A stretch of 64,000 bases of DNA, taken from positions 3,070,485-3,134,484 of the forward strand of contig NC_134027.1 of the NCBI RefSeq assembly GCF_964204645.1, read 5' to 3'. Shown here piece after piece: positions 55,301 through 64,000 of the stretch (position 1 is its first letter; every line of letters starts with the position of its first letter). The notes beneath the pieces are model-generated. The model saw nothing but the letters and a program-made list of their open reading frames with translations, had not been told where the DNA came from and ran no database searches. The stretch is from Tubulanus polymorphus. Its lineage: Eukaryota; Animalia; Nemertea. Position numbers and translations under genes: made by a program.

Positions 55301-55764
55301 GTTGTATCACGTGGGAAGGTACGAATGGAGAATTCAAACTGGTCGACCCGGATGAGACGGCGCGACGATGGGGCGAGAGAAAAAGTAAACCGAACATGAA
55401 CTACGACAAACTGAGTCGAGCACTTCGGTATTATTACGACAAAAACATAATGACAAAGGTGCACGGAAAACGCTACGCTTATAAATTTGACTTTGCCGGT
55501 CTCGCTCAAGCCCTCCAGCCGTCTGCTACCGATCCGATTTCGTATAAGTATCAACAAGATTTGTTCATGACCGGATATCCCTACAACCAGGGAATCAACT
55601 TTATGAGTGCCCATTCTTCGATGCAGTCGACGCGATCGGATTTTTTCGCGACGCCGAATCCTTCGTGGTCAAATACGGGTGCTAACATTTATCCGAACTT
55701 ATCTAATCATAGTATGCTTCACCAGCCGCGTTTATCATCTCACATCAGTCCGTATTACGCGTAA
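43326..55764 (+). CDS. ERG: ETS transcription factor, ERG/FLI1 ortholog (PNT + ETS); exons 43326-43328, 43691-44423, 48336-48539, 49046-49204, 51398-51451, 52961-53020, 55066-55113, 55238-55764
   Basis: RVIVPA|[21 protein letters not shown] (PNT) and [33 protein letters not shown]...[36 protein letters not shown] (ERG-class ETS). Phases are consistent. The first exon and the two small middle exons are less certain. Confidence 0.92.
47093..47346. repeat. AT-rich palindromic (MITE-like) element with internal 103-bp tandem duplication
   Basis: The ~50-bp arm AATCCCACTATTTACAGATTAAAAGAATTTAAAAACCAGAATTTATTTA has its reverse complement present twice. 47130-47232 is repeated at 47233-47335 with one mismatch seen. 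Confidence 0.85.
49212..49467. mobile_element. Decayed hAT-like MITE just downstream of an ERG donor site
   Basis: Ends CAACAGCGGATCTAGG ... CCCCCCTAAATCCACCCTTG resemble the common CAGGGGCGGATCC...GGATCCGCCCCTG type. No clear TSD. Confidence 0.5.
50000..50104. mobile_element. Short palindromic MITE in an ERG intron
   Basis: CTGGGGTCAGTCTTATAGACCGGTATTAACT pairs imperfectly with AGTTGATACCAGTCTATAAAACCGTTAGGCCTCAG. Confidence 0.55.
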
Positions 55765-55873
55765 GATATCTGTGCTATGAATGTATGTACGCTTATTTCG
55801 ACAGTAAAAGTGTAACGATTCCCGCCGACAAAAAAAAACAATACATTGTATTTACTGTTAGTTTGATTTATTG

Positions 55874-55904
55874 GATGATTATGATGATGATCATGATGAT
55901 GATC

Positions 55905-55947
<43 letters not shown>
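55874..55947. repeat. (ATG/GAT)n trinucleotide microsatellite in the ERG 3' UTR
   Basis: Long GAT run with a few interruptions; it produces the poly-M and poly-H spurious ORFs. Confidence 0.95.
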
Positions 55948-55950
<3 letters not shown>

Positions 55951-57735
55951 ATATGAATGTTTTGTGAGGTTACTACGCACGGACAACGTCGTTTAGCTGT
56001 CAATTGTGACTCCCAGTCCACATTGCCGAACTTCGGTTATCGGAGTCAGTCGACTATTTGTGAAATAAGTAAAACCGAATGTCAGTAAGTCGTAACGAGT
56101 CCGGAAATCGCCGATATTCCTACTGAGCACGGTCGCTGTAGATCGGGCCTGTATCAATGATCGCCGATACTGTGATAAGCATAAGACCGAGTGTTTTTTA
56201 GCTTCGACCACTAGTCGACTAACTACGAAATGCGGAGTTCGCCTTTAACGGGCAATTCGACAGCACGCTGTGGTGTTATGCATCCTTCACATTCCTAAGC
56301 TATTTTTGTTGTGTACATAAAATGAAATATATGAATATATATATTTATTGTTTTCAACTTTTGTTTAAAAGTCGACCTGATGCAGTTTCATGCAACGGAA
56401 TATCTGCAAAATTAAAAAATAATGAATAATATAAGTTATGTATTCTGCGCTAAATTGTATAACATCCAACATTGCTCCGCCTAATAATCCCTCGTAACGT
56501 TTCTTGTATACTTGATTGAATTTCATGCTGTATTCATTTAAAAAAATGAAAAGAGAAAAATATAATCAAAATAACAATATTTTAATGTTATAGATATATG
56601 AGATGACCTTGGTGACGATGGTGTCGTAATGTCCATTAGTATATAGATATATATCATTTTGACATTGGACAGAACGCTGTGAAAATAAAGTATGTTGTCC
56701 TACATTTGCAAACTCATCTTCTTTCGATCTTTAAAGTGTACGAGAAATTCAGAAGAACGCCCAATTTGAACTATTTATTTTTCGACCGAAGACGACAATG
56801 GCGACTTTTTCAATCAAAAAAGGACTGATGCTGTACATTCCAATAGTTGACCGAAAACCTTTCTTTCTTGCCTAGAAGAATTATTCTTGTTATCATGATG
56901 ATGAACATCCCAAAAAGCGTCATATAAACCGCTATAAGGTATATTTTTTGCTTATTAGTATCTCTTCAGAGCAAGAAATCGACATTCCCTTCCTGAGTGA
57001 ATGAATTCAATCTTAAGATATACCTTGACCATTAGAGGTATACTGAGAATTCATTTGAAATTGCTGAAACCATTTGTTGACAGAGAAACCCTCGTGGCGA
57101 CGACATAATTCATACCTGGCCTGTATTTGAATAATTCTCAATTGAATCCTTTTTAGTTTGTGAATGGAAACATACATGAATTTCTATGATGCAACACAAA
57201 AAGATTTGAAGATGATAAAGTATCCAGAAATCACACATGATTTTCCCATGCAGATATACCTTTTAGTAAGGTACAATTACTGTATTATTTACTTTATTCC
57301 CGATAAACTCAGGTCAATTATATATGACAATAGTGTAATACATTAACAAGGAAAATAAGAAATATCAGATATTTGTAGTGTCATATTTATATATGTATAC
57401 AAATGATTAACCATCGTTAATTAGTATCGTTTCGGTCGCATTCGTTCTCATGTGACCAATTATTATCTATGAAACGCGTGTTTGATTCATTCAATCGGTC
57501 AATCATAGATTTGAGATTTAGAAATACACGAGAACAAATCGTATCTGGTAATCTGGTAATAATAATAGTATCAACGATCGCTTTAATGGATGTTATTCGA
57601 ATATCCAATTACGCTATAATTTACGACAAATTAAAAGAACTCCACCCTTTTGACCAGAAATATGTGATTTGATTAGAATTGTTTATCACATTTATTGGAC
57701 TGACTTCTCGGCGACGAGACAGGTGCTTCGCGAAC

Positions 57736-60547
57736 ATGAGGATCGGCTGCGCTATTTGGCTTGGGATATATCTTATTTATCGGTCGATCGAAGGTATGTT
57801 CGATTATTGATAGAAAATGATAATGATGAAACATGCATGTATTTCATAAGACACTAGAGACCGGCGTTCTGGAATCTCACAGTGACCATTGCCCGGTATA
57901 CTTACTACAACACGCCTCATTAAAAGTTTTTCTTATTTCAGTTGACGCGTATAATTTAACAGGGTTGTTGATGATTAGGAACGAATCGTCTACAGATCCA
58001 AAGATTATCGGCCCAGATAGAGATGTTTGCTTCGAAGATGAGGTATGCAAGAACGGTACTTGTGATGGGCTACATAAAACCTGTTACTGCGATGCTTTTT
58101 GTCATTTGTTCAAGGACTGTTGTAAATTCGCCGATCAATGCATTCAGCCACCAGCGGAAGAAAAGCAAATGTACGACCTTATTTCCCCGCTTTCAGACAA
58201 AATGTCTTGCAAAATCTATGGCAATTTTTATCCCGAACAATATCTTTCTGTAAGCGAATGTCCACCTAACGCAGATCGTTCTACCGAAATTTTTTGCAAG
58301 GCGTACATGCCAGGTATGCTGACCGAACTTATACCAGTAGTCGGACCTGGAGGCGTTATATATCACAACATTTACTGCGCCTTATGTAACGGCGTTTCTA
58401 TCAAAGAATTATCGTTTCCAACATTAAACGCAACGTGCCCATTCGTTATAGATGCTAAACTCGGAGATATAAATATTTTAGTTGATACATTTGGATGCGA
58501 TTCGATATTCCAAATGGCTGACCCACTGAAATTCCGGACCGACACGTTTGATAGAAAATGCTCGAAAAGAATAAGGAGTTGCGAAGATGAGAATCCATAT
58601 TATAAAGGTTGTATGTCAAGTCTCCATAGTCCAGTGACTAAAGGTCGACTTTCATTCAGCAACGTGTACTGTGCAATGTGTTTTGGATACAAAAATACAA
58701 GTATTGAATGTTCGGATAAGGCGACGTTTAATGGAGATAGGTCATCAGAACGGACGCAATATTCGATGACTTTGATATTCAGAAATGGAAATAATCGAGA
58801 CCAGAAGATGAATCCAGGCGAATGCCCGGATAATTATTTCTATAATAAACTAACAAATTCCTGTCATAATTTCATGTGCGGATTTGGTCACACTCTTGTA
58901 AACGGAACTTGTCTTGTCGATCCATACGATTCTGCATATTTTATGCCAAACACTACCAAATATGGAATTTTTGGAAGCCTTTCATTGTATCTCAAACGTT
59001 CTTCGCATTTGTTTTTTGCCAATGATTCGGAACAAATCGGTAAGCAATTTGCCCAACTGGTCACATTGCTCTTGAGCTTGAACGGCAGCGTTCCGAATAT
59101 AACATCATTTCATGATACGAAATTGGGTGCTCATAATAAAATGTATTTATACTCGCTTCCAGACAAGTCTGGATATTTCTTATTGGAACGCGGCCGTTAT
59201 AACATAACTTTCTTTTCTGAAATGGACATGCGGGAAGCATTCGGCATATTGAAACAAATGAAGGGAACCTTGGACCGATTAACGTTTCCCATTTTACAAC
59301 AATTGAAAGTTCAATTTGAATTGTCCAATATACACCCGGCAGATCTGGAATCTTGTACTGGTGGCCAATTGAAGGTTGTTCAATTACAGGGAAAACAATT
59401 ATTCCCACCAGTTAATTCTCCTACGAGATCTGATTACTTTGCTTTGAAATTTCAATATTCATACTCCGATGATTCTAATAACGCAACTGCTTATCTTTGT
59501 GATGGCATCAGTCGAAGGTTCGCCGGTTGCCAGCTAACAAAATACAATATTTCGGAAGTTCAGATCAATGAAGATAATTCGTTGAAAATCGGCGGGACGA
59601 ATTATCTAAGAAATGAATTTTATGTAGATGATTCGGCAGCATACATTTGCATTAAAAAGTTAACGCGTGACTTTTTAACAGGTGATGTCACGGGACAACA
59701 GTATTTCTCAACAATAGCCATGGCAGCATCAATCATAGCTTTATTCATTACTATTATGACTTACTTATTATTTCGGCCATTAAGAACTGTGCCCGGTAAG
59801 ATGGTTTTATGTCTCTGCACTTTTTTGGGATTGGCTCATCTTGTTTTCATGACACTGACGGGAATGACAGATCCACCAATACTCTGTGTCATAGTAGCCA
59901 TGCTTCAACATTTTCTCTGGTTGTCGGTATTTTGTTGGATGAACTCTTTGGCTATTGACACCGCTCACACCTTTTGGTGGGGTACTGTAATTTCCGCAAT
60001 GGCCAATCGCAAAAAGATTTCAGGTTATATAATCTATTCTATTATTGTCCCAGTTGTGTTCGTTGGTATCAGTGCGGTCTTTCATTTCACTCAAATCGTC
60101 GAAGGTCCAGTCTACGGTGGACAAGTTTCTTGTTGGATTTTAAACTCGACGGTGTTTACGTTCACGTTTATAGGTCCACTCGGATTCGTTTGTAGTTTCA
60201 ATATTGTCTTGTTCTTGCTTACTTTGTACGGCATTATTTACGCCAGAAAACAGACAAAAGCTGTAAACAAGAACACATCAAAACTAGATATCTTACTGTA
60301 TCTCAAATTATGTTTAGTTTTGGGTCTTACTTGGATCTTTGGTATTATGTATTATTTTTCGGGTGACACCGTCTCGGCTTATCTGTTCCTCGCGTTCAAT
60401 GCTACTAATGGTGTACTGATAAGCACGGCTTTTATGCTGAATCCAAGAGTTCTGAGACTTTATCAGCGCAAGCTGCGTTCTCTAAGAGGCAAAGACACCA
60501 CAACAACAAGCATGAGCACCAGCCAACAGGTATTATCGGCCGATTAG
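57736..60547 (+). CDS. Class B-like (adhesion/Methuselah-like) 7TM receptor with Cys-rich ectodomain; exons 57736-57793 and 57942-60547
   Basis: Signal exon MRIGCAIWLGIYLIYRSIE is spliced in phase 1 to the long ORF. It has a somatomedin-B-like CYCDAFCHLFKDCC, two (Y/F)xNxYCAxCxG modules and a 7TM region with LRTVPGK, HFLWLSVFCWMN, YGGQVSCWI and LGLTWIFG. Confidence 0.88.
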
Positions 60548-61908
60548 AATCGGTAAGATTTACCAGATTTCACTCTAACTTTTAGAATCAATAGCTACCG
60601 TGCTGATTCACTTTTGATATGTCAAAGAGCATAGATCAATGTTTGGTATCGAAAAAATCACATTCATATCATATCTTGATACATGTCAATAAGTTAGCCA
60701 ATTGTTTCACCACCGGGTCTTCTAGTATAATTAACAACTTTTATCGAATGTCTTCTGCATTTAAATTAGACGCTATTCACACAATTTACGTAATGCTACC
60801 AAAGTGACATGATCACAAACAAGACCGCGGCACTTTTCGTAGAAACTTTCGATAGAAAGAAGGTTTATTGTGAAGGTTTAAAAAATTGAATTACAAAATA
60901 TTGTCCTTCTTTGTAAAATGAAAAGATCAATGTATAAGTTACGAAGTCGTAGTTATAACGTACATGAGAATGTATGAAAATATATAAAATCTTATGTCAA
61001 AATGTTGTTAGTTTTCAATCATGGTGCAGTGTTCCAGAGAATGTCAACGCCTTTGAGCTTGTTCAACGTTATAAACACCATAATCTCAACGTAGAAATCA
61101 TCTCGGTAAAACTGTTACAAATACTTCGTGCAATTAGAACAGAGAGATGTTGGAAAAGATAGGATCATCCCTCCCCCTAATTGGACTGTATCTTGTATGG
61201 TAATCCCAAGATAGTATCCCCATTTCGATTCATTCAAGAGGTACAGTAGACAGTGGCCTTTAAGAGCTGCAAACATTTATCGGACTTGACTGATATCCGA
61301 TTTGGATGATAAGTATTTCACAAATAATGTCCCAAAAATATTTTAACAAACATCCGAGTTGAACAGTTACGAGTTGATCGGATTCGACTCGACGAGCGGA
61401 AATCGTACTGTAGGAAATCGTATGAAACAAAGCCCGGCCGATTCAATCTCGAAGGCGTTCCGAAAAAGCAACGACTACTAAACAACCAGTTGAAGTACCG
61501 TGGGCCGCAAAACCGCAAAAAAACGATCAGATTTACAATGAAGATCGTGGACCACACACATGCTCGCAGGGTTTTGTCATCTTTTTGCGGATAATCGGAA
61601 TCAATGATTACAATACCTTGGCCCCACACAATTACAGCGGCACGGTCTACTTTTACGCATAGGAAAAGAATTACGTTGTCCAAACTCGCAGTTTGTCAGT
61701 AAGGTTTTAGCCACTGGCAAGTGAGTGAAAAGGGCTATAGTTCTGCCTCTGGCAAGTGAGGTGCTTTTTCATTCTACTCGTTCGCCGTCTATCGGCATAA
61801 CAATGCAAACCAGGAAATGAACTTTCTCTAAACCAGGAAGTGTCACATGAAAGATTGAAATTTTTTTATTTGTTTCCTTTTAAAATTGTCAAGAGTGATG
61901 CACCGTTT

Positions 61909-63918
61909 ATGATAATGCCAGGTCCAGAAGAGTGTGATATCCGTGCTACAGGCGGCAAAGTTGATGGTGAGAATTGTCATCAAAATAAGAGAGTGTAACC
62001 ACTAAAAAGATCAGACTGCTTCACTGACTAGTGAATGATGACTGACTGGATGTGGTGTCCTGGCAAAAAAGCCATTGCGGGCTTAACCCCTAGAAGAAGG
62101 TCCAATTGGTGCAATCCTGCAATATTCATCATATATTATTCTATTAGAAAACATACCATCACACTGTCTGTTCAAGATGCAAAAAATCACTTCTTGGCGC
62201 TTTTCACTTTTGTGAAGAAAATCACACCCCGTTCAAGTTAAAACTTTTGGCCTAGTTCAACGGCAGCATAGGTGCATCCATAAACTTACCCTACCCGCAG
62301 GAAAACAGTTACCTTCATAGGGTTTATATGAATCCATAAAATATTTTCCAGAGCTTGCCATGGCCTTAATCGATGCAGCCCATGACAAATCGGAAAAAGT
62401 TAGGAATGTCATTAGCTCATCATTGGTTGAACTTGGCAAAAAACAACCAGCCATGGTTCTCAGCTCCTGCCATGCATATATTGCCAAGCATACTAAGGTA
62501 GGTCGAGCACATATTCTTCATAAGTGATTTCATTCATCAATTTAGAATGGTGTGAAACGGTCTTTGAATGATGATTACAACATTGCAGGTAGAAATATAT
62601 TTCATCGTTACATGATAAGTTTTGTCATTCTAAAAATTCTAACTTTAGCTTGGTCAAGGCCACAGAGTCATTATTCTTTCTACAATGGAGAAAATAATAA
62701 AAGAAACTCTTGATGAAATTAAAGAGTCCTTAGCACTGGATATAATCACTTTAGCATCCGATGAGCTTACCAAATCTAAGGTAGATATATTATAGCCCTA
62801 TAGCCTGATAATTGTTTTTGAGGCTTATTTTGATGAGTTCTAGCTTCAGCATTATGTTTATTCTATTTTCTTGATTAGGAAGTTGTTCCAGACTGGCAGA
62901 CTGCTGCTAGTGGAGTGTTAGTTGCAATGGGTAAAAGGTACATCATTCAGGTCATGGAGGAATTATTAAAGAAACTTGTGCCAGGAACATTACCTCATTT
63001 CTTTGTGATTCAAACGCTTGGAAATTTGGCAACTTCTAACGGTTTGTACTTTAGTTGAGAAGATATACCAGTGTTTATTAGTGAAAAATGAATAGAGGTA
63101 TGAAAGTCAAAGATATTTTTCTATTTCAGTCTATGGAATGGTTCCTTTCATTCGAGTAGTTTTAGGGACTATGCTACCGATGTTAGGCATGGCAAAACTA
63201 GACAACGTGCGCTGGGTCTTTGCAGCAGGTGAAACTTCATTAAGAAAATCATTTGGCTTCCAGTGAAATAAACTATGAAAAATCTTATGATAATCAGTTT
63301 ATGGATATGGTGATAAAACTTAAGGTCGTATGGGACTAGTGAAAATGATTTAAGTTTCTACGTTTTTTCAGCGCTTGGGAAATTTTGTGATGCTATTCTT
63401 GACTATGTAGCTAACATTGAAAATGCACCAGATACGTCAGTGACAAAGGAAAGCTTTTCAGCTGAGATGTATTCAGCATATGATGTGCTTTTTAATGTCT
63501 GGCTGCAGTCAAAAGAACCAAAAGTATATATTTGAACATTCCACTTTCCCCCTGATTATGATAAACGTTGATCATTTATTATCTATACCTTTCGTATTCA
63601 GTTGAGAATAGCTATTGTTGAGACAGTTGGTCATATGGCTCACATAATAACATTGGATAAACTTGAGGAACAGTTGCCCCGACTATTGCCAGGCATCATC
63701 GCACTGTACAAACGAAATCAAGAACCGTACTATGTTACCCAGGTAGATTAACACAATCCAACCGAAATAATACAAATAGAGTGAAATTTTAGTAGTTCAT
63801 TTGTGAATTCGTTTTGATTGTGTAGGGATTATGCTACGTGTTGGACGCCGCTACAAGAGATGGATGTAAGATGCTTGAAATTCATTTGGACAATTTACTG
63901 AATAATCTTTTCCCACAA
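61909..63918 (+). CDS. MROH1: Maestro heat-like repeat family member 1, 5' part (continues beyond the window); 8 coding exons visible
   Basis: LAMALIDAAHDK, LASDELTKSKEVVPDWQTAASGVLVAMG, LVPGTLPHFFVIQTLGNLA, YDVLFNVWLQSKEPKLRIAIVE and LEEQLPRLLPGIIALYK match the MROH1/HEATR7A N-terminus. Start ATG is at 61909 or 61915. Confidence 0.9.
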
Positions 63919-64000
63919 GTAGGATTTTATTTTATTTTGTCCTGATTGTTGAGAATTAGGTAAAATACAGTTAACGACCTGTAGATATTGACTTGCTTAA

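Noticed and set aside
55755-56021. Poly-His and poly-Met ORFs
   Set aside because: Artefacts of the (GAT)n microsatellite.
57833-57941. N-terminus of the 904-aa ORF as listed in the track
   Set aside because: This is intronic read-through; the signal peptide comes from exon 57736-57793.

Overview
Eukaryotic, AT-rich, intron-dense genomic DNA from an invertebrate animal, probably a compact lophotrochozoan genome (inferred from gene content and ~60-150 bp introns). Most entries in the six-frame ORF track are exon fragments or noise, so genes were rebuilt by hand from splice sites. In order: last exon of LSM3 (+); a Ly6/uPAR three-finger (Quiver-like) gene (-) with a probable ~13 kb 5' intron; GEMIN2 (-) head-to-head with a ~40-exon TDRD12-like piRNA factor (+); a RING/TRAF-type zinc-finger gene (-) head-to-head with TMEM209 (+); an ERG/FLI1 ETS gene (+); a Cys-rich class-B-like 7TM receptor (+); and the 5' part of MROH1 (+). 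Several MITEs, a LINE 3' remnant and a tRNA-derived SINE fragment are present. The most notable items are (i) a TDRD12 with a third Tudor domain that keeps its aromatic cage, plus an ARM-like block before the CS domain, (ii) a 339-bp inverted-repeat element with a 9-bp TSD whose arms carry tRNA-like Pol III boxes, and (iii) an orphan promoter-like island between two convergent 3' ends. All family assignments come from recognised motifs, not database searches. I cannot demonstrate a wholly new system from sequence alone.
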